Shown piece after piece: positions 13,401 to 22,459 of a stretch of 64,000 nt of DNA. Position 1 is the stretch's first letter, and each line of letters starts with the position of its first letter. The notes beneath the pieces were generated by a model. That model did not search any database and was not told where the DNA came from. It saw only the letters and a program-made list of their open reading frames with translations. Position numbers and translations under genes: made by a program. Source of the stretch: an uncultured Methanoregulaceae archaeon (GTDB taxonomy: Archaea; Halobacteriota; Methanomicrobia; Methanomicrobiales; Methanospirillaceae). The DNA lies in NCBI GenBank assembly GCA_963705255.1, contig OY970061.1:672001-736000 (forward strand), given 5' to 3'.

Positions 13401-16400
13401 GGTAACGCCCGAAATCAAAATACGCCTTCCCGATCCTGATCCAGCCGGTCTCCTGGTCCGGATCGATGTTGAGTGATTTGGTATAGGCGGCGATCGCCTC
13501 TTCGGTCCTGCCGAGCTGGCTGAGTGCGTCTCCTTTCCGCATCCAGACATCAGGGAGCGCAGGATTGATATCGAGGGCCCGGGTATAGGCGGGAACGGCG
13601 TCCTGGATCTTGCCGAGGTCGAACAATGCATCCGCCTTCCTGACCCACGCCACGGCAAGGTTCACGTTGATCTCCAGGGCCTTGTTGAAGGCCTGGATCG
13701 ATTCCTGTTTTTTCGAGAGACTGAGAAGGGCATTCCCTTTCTGCATCCAGGTGTCGATGAGGGTGGGGTTGAGCGAGAGGATGCGGTCGTCCATCTCGAT
13801 CGTCTCTGCAAAACGGCCGAGGATGAAAAGGGAACTGGCCCGGTAGATCATCGCTTCGATGAGGGAGGGGCTGGCCTTGAGGCTCAGATCGAAGAACCGG
13901 ATGGCTTCTTCGTGACGCGACAGGGCAGCAAGAGCGATCCCCCGGTACATATGGGCATCTGATAACGAGGGGTCGATAGCCGTCGCACGTTCGAGTGCCA
14001 CGATGGCTTCGTCGTACTGTTTTGCCTGGAGGTGGGCCAGTCCCATGTAATAATACGACGACGGGTTGTCCGCTTCAAGGGCAAGAGCGCTCGAGAATGA
14101 CCTGACTGCCTCATCATACCGCTCCTGCTGGATGAGCGAGATGCCCCGGTAATGGTATGCCTGGGCATTCGAAGGTTCCAGAGAGAGGGAACTGTCAAAG
14201 GCTTTGATGGCATCCTCATACCGCTCACGTCCGGCATAGGCGATGCCGAGATAATACAAACCCGAAGCATTGTCAGGTTCAAGCGAGAGGGCTGTCTCAA
14301 ATGCCGTGATGGCATCATCGTACCGTTCCCGCTGGGCAAGGGCAACGCCTTTCTGGTACAGGATCTTTGGATCGTCCGGAGAAATTTCGAGCGCCTGGTC
14401 ATACGATACGACCGCTTCGAGCGGTTTACCGAGCCGGGCAAGCGCATTGCCCCGCTCGAAAAATGCCCGTGCACATTTCCGGTTGATCTCCAGTGCCCGG
14501 TCAAATGACCGTATTGCCTCGTCATAACGCCCGAGTTCTGAAAAGGCCAAGCCTTTATAGCACCAGGCCCAGACATCGCGGGGGTTGTTCTCGAGCGCCG
14601 CACCGAGTACGGAGACTGCATCATCGAACCGGTTCATGGAGAAGAGTGCAATGCCTTTCCGGACAGCGGCCTCGTTCAGGTCCGGGCTCAGCCCGAGCGC
14701 CCGGTCAAAGGCCCCGATCGCATCATCGAAGTGGCCCATGTAGGCAAGGGCGATACCTTTGTGGAGCCAGCCATCGGTCAGTGCCGGGTTCTGCTCAAGC
14801 GCTTCATCGAGGGCAGCCACGCACTCCTGGTACCGCATCAGGTGAAACAGGGCCAGGGCTTTCTCGAACAGAGCACCGGTATTCTGGGGGGAGATGGCAA
14901 GGACGGCGTCAAAAGCAGGTACGGCTTCGGCATACCGGTTGAGATGCGCCAGCGTCGTACCCCGATTGTACAGCGCAAGGATACTCGCGGGATCGATCTC
15001 AATTGCCTGGTCAAAGGATGCAATCGCTTCGTCGAACCTCCCGAGCTGGACGAATGCGAGCCCGCGGTGATAATATGCGTTGGTATGGTTCGGGTTGATC
15101 GTCACGGCCTGCCCGAAGGCTTCAAGTGCGGGTTCAAACCGTCCGAGCTTGACAAGGGCGAGCCCCTTGTCGTAGTGTGCCTGCGCATAGGAGGGATTTA
15201 TCCTGATACTTCCGTCAAATGCCTCGATGGCCTCGTCGTACCTGCCGATTTTTGCCAGCTGGAGTCCTTTCTGGTGGAAAGCCCGTTCATTTCCCGGGTC
15301 GAATGCGATGGTCCGCTCGAACTCCTGGACGGCATCGTCATTTCTCCCCAGTTTTGCGAGGGCGAAACCCTTATGGTAGAGGGCGTCCGAAAACCCGGGG
15401 TTGATTTGCAGGGCCCGGTCGTAGGCCGCGATGGCCTCGCTGAACCGCCCGAGACTTGCATAGGAGACACCCTCCTGGTACGCAGCAGGGGCGCACCCGG
15501 AATCATGACTGAGAGCGGATTCAAACGACTCAATGGCCTCCTTGTGCCTCCCGAGGCGGGTGAGGGCGACCCCCCGGTAATACCAGGAACCCGCGTGGTC
15601 GTCACCGAGTGCCAGTCTCCGGCCCAGTGACTCCAGCGCGTCTTCGTACCGGCTCAGGCTGACCGAGGCGACTCCCCTCCGGAACCATGCTTCCGCGTTG
15701 TCCGGTTCGAGGGCAAGGGTCCGGTCGAAGTCCTGCACGGATTCCTGGAACTTTTTCAGGCGGTAAAAGGCGAGGCCCCGCTGGTAGTGGGCCGGGGCAT
15801 TGGCCGGGCCGGCCTCGATTGCTTTGCCGAATGCCACAACTGCATCCTGATACCGGTTGAGGCTGGTCAGCGCAAGTCCCTGGTAATACCAGGCATCCGC
15901 CAGTGACGGGTTCAGCGTGGCGGCCTGCTGCAGTGCGGTCACTGCTTCTTCATATTTCCCGATCTTGAAGAGGGAGATCCCCTTGATTGCCCAGATATCG
16001 GCATGGAGCGGTTCCTGCTGGAGGAAGTTATCCGCAGATCTTGCCGCAGCTTCGTTCCGGCCCTGCCGTGCAAGGATGAAACAGCGGTAATACCAGACCC
16101 AGACATCGGTAGGGTCGATATCGTAGGCCCGGTCGAATGAGGCCAGGGCATCGTCATTCCTGCCGAGCTCATACTGGGAAATTCCCTTGTTGTAATAGGC
16201 CCGTGAATAATCGGGGACAAGTTCTATTGCCTTGTTGTACGCGACGATCGCTTCATTATGCCGCCCCAGGTCGGCGAGTGCGATCCCCTTGTTATAATAG
16301 ACCTTGGCGTGCCGGGGATCGACCATGAGCGCATGGTCGTAGGCAGTGATGGCATCCCTGAACCGCCCGAGCTCGTAAAATGCGATACCCTTGAGGATCC

Positions 16401-16731
16401 AGGCTTCGGCATTGTCGTATTGTATGGAGAGCAGGCGGTCGCAGGCCTCGAGAGCTTCCTCGTTCCTGCCGAGCTGGGTGAGGGTCGCCGCTTTGTTGTA
16501 CCAGGCATTCGGGTCTGCGGGTTCGATTGCAACAACCTGGTCGTAGGCTTTTATTGCTTCTTCAAGTTTTCCCAGGTCGTAGAGTGCAATACCCTTGAAA
16601 TAATGGGCCTTTGCCAGGTTGGGATAGAGCGCAAGGCTCCGGTCGAACATGACAATAGCTTCCTGGTACCGGCCGATGTCATAGAGTTCAATGCCCTGCC
16701 GCAACAGTGCTTCCGCATCACTCTTGTTCAT
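4494..16731 (-). CDS. Giant TPR-only protein, ~4078 aa (~120 repeats) if one extra base near 5361 is removed
   Basis: Continuous 34-aa TPR consensus through the 3793-aa ORF; repeats continue (ALDNPVAAIAAFDRAV...) in the 4494-5900 frame. Confidence 0.92.
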
Positions 16732-16923
16732 GAATCAGGTTACCTCGTTGGTGGAATGCCGGGTATATTTCTGGATTTTTCCGCTTCTCTCTGCCTGCTG
16801 CCGTTATTTTCACTCAGGTATAAGGTTACTTATAAGCGGCATATACCCTTTCCGGTACATATATATGTACACCAGCGATTTATCAATCCTGTTTTTATGC
16901 TCATGCTGGAGGAGGACGGGTGG

Positions 16924-18171
16924 TCAGGCATCCTGGAGTTCCCGGATGACGGCAGAAAGCCGTTCCACACCGGTACGGATCTTATCGGGCGTTGCATTGG
17001 AGAAATTGACCCGGAGCGTGTTCTGTCCGCCCCCGTCCACGTAAAACGGGATGCCCGGGAGGACGGCGACCTGCTGCCGGAGAGCGCATTCAAAGACATC
17101 CATGGAGAAGATCCCGTCCGGGAGCGTAAGCCAGACAAACATCCCCCCGGATGGCCGGGTATAGGTCACAGACTCCGGCAGCATCTCCTCAAACATCCGG
17201 ATCATGAGATCGCACTGGCTCTTGTATGCGGCACTGATTGCCTGTACCCGTGCATCGATCTCCCCGCGGCACAGGTACTCGAACGCAATCCTCTGGGACA
17301 GGTAATTGGAATGGAGGTCGGACGCCTGTTTTGCCACAACGATCTGCTCCATGACCTCGGGAGGCGCGACCACCCACCCCATCCGCAGGCCGGGGGCAAG
17401 GATCTTGGAGAATGACCCGGTGATGATCGTCTGGTCAGGCAGGAACTCCCGGACCGACGGGCTCGATCTTCCTGAAAAATTCAGTTCGCCATACGCGTCG
17501 TCCTCGACAAAGAGCGTCCCGCTCCCTTCGAGTATCCCGGCGATCTCGCGGCGCCGTTCATCGGAATAGGTTATGCCGGACGGGTTCTGCGAATTCGGCA
17601 CGCCGTAGAATAACTTCAGGGGGTACCTGCCTGCCACATCGGCAAGCATGACGGGGTCCGGCCCGTCTTCCCGGAGGATGACCGGGTGAAAGCAGGGTTC
17701 GTAGAGGGAAAACGCCTGGATGGCCCCAAGGTATCCGGGGCGTTCGATCGCCACGTGGTCCCCGGCATCGATGAGCACTTTGCCTATCAGGTCGAGGCAC
17801 TGCTGCGACCCGTTGGTGATGAGGATCTCGTCCGGGGAGACGGAGAGTCCCAGCCGTTTTTTGTACCGCTCGGCAATGAACTGCCGGAGCGGGAGGTATC
17901 CTTCGGTGGTGGAGTACTGGAGTGCCGACCTTCCGTCCTCTGCGAGCACGATGGAAGCTGCTTTCGCAATCCCCTCGACATCGATGAGTGCCGGGTTGGG
18001 AAGCCCCCCGGCAAAGGAGATGATCTCGGGGTTCTCGGTCACCTTGAGAATTTCGCGGATGAACGACTTGGGAGTCCGCGCCATCCGCTGTGCGAAGGTG
18101 TAACTTTGTTTCTGCCGGTCTGATTTTTGTGTGCCGGAGGTTCCGGACTGAGCTGACGGGTGAGTGTTCAT
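16924..18171 (-). CDS. PLP-dependent class I/II aminotransferase (LysN/MocR-like catalytic domain, no HTH)
   Basis: ISFAGGLP, ITNGSQQ, QNPSG, EDDAYGEL, GSFSKILAPGLRMGW. Confidence 0.9.
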   Translation of the reverse strand: MNTHPSAQSGTSGTQKSDRQKQSYTFAQRMARTPKSFIREILKVTENPEIISFAGGLPNPALIDVEGIAKAASIVLAEDGRSALQYSTTEGYLPLRQFIAERYKKRLGLSVSPDEILITNGSQQCLDLIGKVLIDAGDHVAIERPGYLGAIQAFSLYEPCFHPVILREDGPDPVMLADVAGRYPLKLFYGVPNSQNPSGITYSDERRREIAGILEGSGTLFVEDDAYGELNFSGRSSPSVREFLPDQTIITGSFSKILAPGLRMGWVVAPPEVMEQIVVAKQASDLHSNYLSQRIAFEYLCRGEIDARVQAISAAYKSQCDLMIRMFEEMLPESVTYTRPSGGMFVWLTLPDGIFSMDVFECALRQQVAVLPGIPFYVDGGGQNTLRVNFSNATPDKIRTGVERLSAVIRELQDA

Positions 18172-18394
18172 AAATCACCTGCAAAAACCTGCATAAACTG
18201 AGATAAATTAGGTTGTATATGCCTTTAAAGCATCAGGAGCCCCGGAGCACCGGTTTTATGTGAACTGCTGGTGCAGGGAAATGATCATAACCGGGATCTG
18301 GCCGGAAAAATACCGGTACCGAAAAAGGCTGGACCCGGTGCATAAGCCGCTGGTAGTGTATGCTCTGGATATCATTCTGGTGCAAACTCATACT

Positions 18395-18760
18395 CGCTAA
18401 ATTATTTTCTGGTCCAATCCGGTACGCGTCAAGAATATTTTTGGCTCGATCACGTACGAGGCAAAAAATTTCCGGCCCGATCTGAGTTGCGCCAAAAATA
18501 TTTTTGGGCCGATCTGAGTTGAGGCAAATTTTTTTTTGGCGCGACCGGGGCATGTCAGACAACTAGCTTTCAGACGTGAACGATCATTTTTAGGAGGGGG
18601 TCCCAAATATTTTTTTGGCTCATACCGAGTTGAGGCAAAAAAACTTTTGACGCGATCTGAGTTGAGCCGGAAATTTTTTTGGCGTGATCGGGCATGAGGC
18701 CAAAATATTTTTGGACCAATCACAATCGCGCCGGAAATTCTTTTGAGGCAATCAGACATA
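18395..18760. repeat. Degenerate tandem array: 2 x 5 units of 31-32 bp with palindromic A/T core
   Basis: Unit approx. CCAAAAATATTTTTGG-NNC-GATC-TGAGTTGAG; equivalent positions 18417, 18449, 18480, 18512, 18544 and 18623, 18655, 18687, 18719, 18751. Confidence 0.9.
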
Positions 18761-18819
18761 GTTCACTTTCACCCTCCCCATGGCCTGCCTTATTATCCCA
18801 AATCCTGCCACTATGGATC

Positions 18820-18996
18820 ATGGAAGCACTTACACGACAGATGGTCCAGCCAGTACCCTATGACTACCAGAAGATCCAGAGAATCCGCGAGAGGATCAAG
18901 GAAGTCTTCGGGCGCGAAAGTATCATGAATGACGAGCTGCTGTTAAAACGGTATAACATAACTCCCGATGGCGACCTGATCATGATCGTGCGGTAA
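18820..18996 (+). CDS. Small hypothetical protein (58 aa)
   Basis: ATG 18820, upstream TTATTA (~18790), natural-looking composition MEALTRQ...DLIMIVR. Confidence 0.55.
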   Translation: MEALTRQMVQPVPYDYQKIQRIRERIKEVFGRESIMNDELLLKRYNITPDGDLIMIVR

Positions 18997-19190
18997 TCTC
19001 CAAACAATTGCATGGAAAGAAGGTTACCGCTTCTTCGGCTGCTCCCGGGATTTATTTGATGCAATGAAAAGAACCGCGAAGAATAACCAGACCTATACCT
19101 GACTCTCTACATCTATGCACCGTCCGGACCGGGGGTCTGAAGAGGATAGAGTCATCCGGGAAAATTCAAGATTAAAATTAGATTTATAAA

Positions 19191-19496
19191 CTAAAAATCC
19201 GGGAGAAGATATCCATATGGACTATTTTTAGAGTCTTCATATTGTTGTCTGCTAAAAATTCGTTGGTTAAATTGTTGCCCAAGTACTGAGCCAGAGACAA
19301 TATATTGTTTAGTAAACAGACCATCGCTACCATAGAGATATGTGACTTCAGTAACAGTAATTCCTCCAATTATAAAGTTTGAAGATTTTGATTGTCGATT
19401 TAGTTCTACGCATCCTGCTGAAAAGGTTGTTATAACCAATAATAGTATAAGGAGTAAAACAGTAATTCGACGAGTTTTAAATATTTTTTCCGACAC
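19191..19496 (-). CDS. Hypothetical lipoprotein-like protein in AT-rich islet
   Basis: Basic N-terminus, hydrophobic stretch, SAGC lipobox-like motif. Confidence 0.5.
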   Translation of the reverse strand: MSEKIFKTRRITVLLLILLLVITTFSAGCVELNRQSKSSNFIIGGITVTEVTYLYGSDGLFTKQYIVSGSVLGQQFNQRIFSRQQYEDSKNSPYGYLLPDF

Positions 19497-19596
19497 AAGT
19501 TTAAATATAATTTATCTAGTGATAAATTTTTTGAAATAATAGTATAATCTTTGATGTGGATAAAATTATTCGGAAGAATCCGACATGGAGATTATG

Positions 19597-20043
19597 TTAA
19601 AAAATATCCCATTTTTTGACCATTTCTTCGATCCTTATGAGACGTTCATCTCTGTCCTCATTGATTTTTATATTTTTAAGTTGTTCTTTAAAAGAAAAAT
19701 ATATAGTCAAGTAGGCGATGGAGACTCCTATAAACGCAATCCCGTTGGAGGTTGGATTTAATGCTAGCGGGCATACGTATGCGATAATAGCGAGTATAAA
19801 GAATGCAATTGTCCCTATAAACCCTATTCTAGCCCACAATCGTATAAATTCTTTTGAGTGGGTATAGTTTGACGTCATAAGTGATCGAATCAACAAATTA
19901 AAAGAATAATCTTTCGGAACTCCCTCGCAATGAACCATAAGCAGAATGCCCCGACCGAGATTTCTATTTTCAAAGATATAATGAATCGGACAACGAATTA
20001 AGGATATTTTGACAAAATAACCCAAAAGATTTGAACTTTTCAA
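19597..20043 (-). CDS. Hypothetical 2-TM membrane protein in AT-rich islet (true start probably internal, MTSNY)
   Basis: Two hydrophobic helices followed by a charged tail. Confidence 0.45.
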   Translation of the reverse strand: MKSSNLLGYFVKISLIRCPIHYIFENRNLGRGILLMVHCEGVPKDYSFNLLIRSLMTSNYTHSKEFIRLWARIGFIGTIAFFILAIIAYVCPLALNPTSNGIAFIGVSIAYLTIYFSFKEQLKNIKINEDRDERLIRIEEMVKKWDIF

Positions 20044-20047
20044 TTCA

Positions 20048-20121
20048 AGCCTGTGGCGAGATTCGAACTCGCGACTTCCTCCTTACCAAGGAGGCACACT
20101 ACCGGGCTGTGTCACACAGGC
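20048..20121 (-). tRNA. tRNA-Thr(GGT)
   Basis: Acceptor stem GCCTGTG/CACAGGC, anticodon arm CCTCC-TTGGTAA-GGAGG, T arm GTTCGAATC; no encoded CCA. Confidence 0.95.
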
Positions 20122-20220
20122 ATCTTCACACGAAGCAGCCGTTCGCAGTGGTCCTCTCAAAGAAGGCGTTCCACGGTTGAGCCACTGGTTCGGGTTGCCT
20201 AACTACGTTGTGAGTAATCC

Positions 20221-20229
20221 CTATAAAAC
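20221..20229 (-). promoter_or_regulatory. Probable TATA box for the tRNA-Thr transcript
   Basis: TTTTATAG on minus strand ~100 bp upstream of the tRNA. Confidence 0.5.
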
Positions 20230-20305
20230 ATTGCGGAGAAGCATTGCCGGAAACCTGTACCATCCCCCGTCGCCGGCGAATTGCACAGGAGACCGGAGAG
20301 AGGTA

Positions 20306-21016
20306 TCAGAGCGCCTGGAGCTGCCCGATACTTCTGACAACCCCTTCAAACGTAGCCACTTCGATAACCGGGACGATACCTGAGTTCCTGACCGCTCTCA
20401 TGACAGCGGAGAAATCGATGGTGCCGTCCCCGACCGCAGAATGCGAATCTTCCCTCCCGTAATTGTCATGGAGGTGGTAATGGGATGCCGGGTGCGTGAG
20501 AAACCTGTCAAGGCATTTCATCTGGTTGGCATGGCCGACATCGAGCGCAAAGGCTGCCGCTCCGATGAGCGGGAGTTCTTCGGGTGTTTTCAGCAGGAAA
20601 TAGTCCCAGTTCCCCATGTTCTCGATGAAGAACCGGACCGAATGTTCGTCCGAAAGGGCGGTGAGGTCCGCAAGCGAACGGTGCAGCTGCTCCTCCGCCT
20701 TCCCCCGCTCCTCTGCCCACGCGAAATAGCCGGGGTGGATGACCAGGCCCGCGTTCACGTCCGCGGCGATACGGAAACACTGCTCCATGACCTCCACCGA
20801 AGCCCGGCGGATCGGTTCGAGGACGCTCGCGATATTGGTTCCCCGGCAGGGCGTATGGAGGGAGAAGTGCCCGTCAAAGGAGAGAAGGGGTTCGGCGGTT
20901 TCCAGGAAATGGGGGTCGTCGTCCATGATCTCGATCCTGTCCGTGATGGCAGCCAGTTTTTCGAGCGCTTCCGGGAGCGGGAGGCTGTGCAGGCAGAAGG
21001 TGGAGACCCCGAACAT
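20306..21016 (-). CDS. Sugar phosphate isomerase/epimerase family TIM barrel (AP endonuclease 2 superfamily)
   Basis: SLHTP, VIHPG, IENMG, LDVGH, HLHDN, VIE metal-binding motifs. Confidence 0.85.
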   Translation of the reverse strand: MFGVSTFCLHSLPLPEALEKLAAITDRIEIMDDDPHFLETAEPLLSFDGHFSLHTPCRGTNIASVLEPIRRASVEVMEQCFRIAADVNAGLVIHPGYFAWAEERGKAEEQLHRSLADLTALSDEHSVRFFIENMGNWDYFLLKTPEELPLIGAAAFALDVGHANQMKCLDRFLTHPASHYHLHDNYGREDSHSAVGDGTIDFSAVMRAVRNSGIVPVIEVATFEGVVRSIGQLQAL

Positions 21017-21144
21017 ACCTGAGTGGTCGGGGTTCCCGGTTCTTAAACATGTGCCCGGCAGGATGAAGAATTATGGAAAAAAATAAGGTATTGGCTCTGT
21101 AGAAATCCTTTCATTGTTCATTTTTTCCAAACTGTTTGGTGAGA

Positions 21145-21311
21145 TTGGGAGGGTAACCCCCTCTTTCCCCCAGAGGGGGGAGGCAGCTCATGGGGCGTAC
21201 CCCTTGACTCCCTTTTTATTTTCCACCCGTTTTCAGTGAATTTCTCGCTAACCTTCTGAGTGGCTATCACTGTATGGGGGGTGCCCCAGCGGCGGGGGCG
21301 GAGGCATCATA
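21145..21311 (-). repeat. Divergent third member of the GC-rich palindromic intergenic repeat family
   Basis: Minus strand starts ATGATGCCTCCGCCCCCGCCGCTGGGGCACCCCC and ends GGGGGTTACCCTCCC, resembling the ends of the 44396 and 57798 copies. Confidence 0.55.
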
Positions 21312-21367
21312 TGCCGAAGCCCCCAAGAGCGTTAACCGGATTTTCTGATGATTTCCCCAAAGCCGAA

Positions 21368-22414
21368 TTACTTTTTCAGCCGCACTTCCATCTGCGGGAA
21401 CGGGATCTCGATCCCTTCTGCTGCAAACCGCTCGGCAATCCGGGAATTGATGGCGTCCCTGACCTCGTCGGGCAGGTTGTACTTCTTCGCCCAGACATAG
21501 AGGATGAATTTCAGGCCGGAGTCGCCGAACTCCGTAAAGAATGTCGTGGGTTCCGGGTCGTCCAGCAGGTAATCCGTTGCCCTGGCGGTGGTGCGGGCAA
21601 TCTCCAGCAGGATCTCCTTCACTTTCGCCGGGTCGGTCCCATACGCGACCGTGACCGGGATCGTCATCTTGAGCTTCTGGTCGGGCTCGGAATAGTTCAC
21701 GATACTGTTGGACGTGATCTTGTTGTTGGGAATGGTGACTACCTGGTAGTCCAGGGTCCTGAGCCGGGTGCTCCGGGGCCCGACCGCGAGGACATCCCCG
21801 TAATACTGGTCCACCTTGATCCGGTCCCCGACCTTGAAAGGCTTGTCGACCGTGATGATCGCCCCGCCAAAGAAGTTGGAGATGATGTCCTGCGCCGCCA
21901 GCGCGACCGCCAGGCCCGCGATACCGGCACCGGCAAGGAAGGGGGTTATGTCGACATTGAATACCTTGAGGATGGCCATGAGGGCCCCGAACCAGACGAG
22001 CCATTTTACGATAAGTTCGAGAAGTTCGATGAGACGGTCATCCCAGTCGCTCTCTGACTGCCTGGCAAACTCATGGCCGTAGATAACGATGATGTCGTGG
22101 AGGAACGAGGAGATGATCCAGGCACCGATCACGACATAGAATGCGGTGATGAAGCGGGGATCGAGGATCCACTGCAGGCTGCCAGGAAGAATACCGAAAT
22201 GGCTGACCGCAAAATGGAGCGCAACTGCGATGATGCCGATCTGGACCGGTGTCCCGATAGCCGCGATGATGATATCGTCCAGCTTGGTCTCGGTCTGTTC
22301 GGCTTTTGCTTCCAGCCAGCGGACCGCCAGCCGCGCAATCAGAGCGAAGAGTATGCCGAAAACAACCGTTACTACCGCGTAGACGTAATTCAGATCCAAA
22401 ATTCCCAAATCCAT
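21368..22414 (-). CDS. mscS: Small-conductance mechanosensitive channel
   Basis: GAGIAGLAVALAAQDIISNFFGG, PFKVGDRI, IPNN, GIEIPFPQ. Confidence 0.93.
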   Translation of the reverse strand: MDLGILDLNYVYAVVTVVFGILFALIARLAVRWLEAKAEQTETKLDDIIIAAIGTPVQIGIIAVALHFAVSHFGILPGSLQWILDPRFITAFYVVIGAWIISSFLHDIIVIYGHEFARQSESDWDDRLIELLELIVKWLVWFGALMAILKVFNVDITPFLAGAGIAGLAVALAAQDIISNFFGGAIITVDKPFKVGDRIKVDQYYGDVLAVGPRSTRLRTLDYQVVTIPNNKITSNSIVNYSEPDQKLKMTIPVTVAYGTDPAKVKEILLEIARTTARATDYLLDDPEPTTFFTEFGDSGLKFILYVWAKKYNLPDEVRDAINSRIAERFAAEGIEIPFPQMEVRLKK

Positions 22415-22459
22415 ACACGTACTCTTATGTCATTTCGGAGTAAATAGCTTTGAGCGTAC

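Noticed and set aside
18395-18760. CRISPR array or protein-coding repeat (ORFs 18233-18562, 18397-18759)
   Set aside because: Units are contiguous with no unique spacers and no cas genes nearby; a 32-bp period is not a multiple of three, so the ORFs look incidental.
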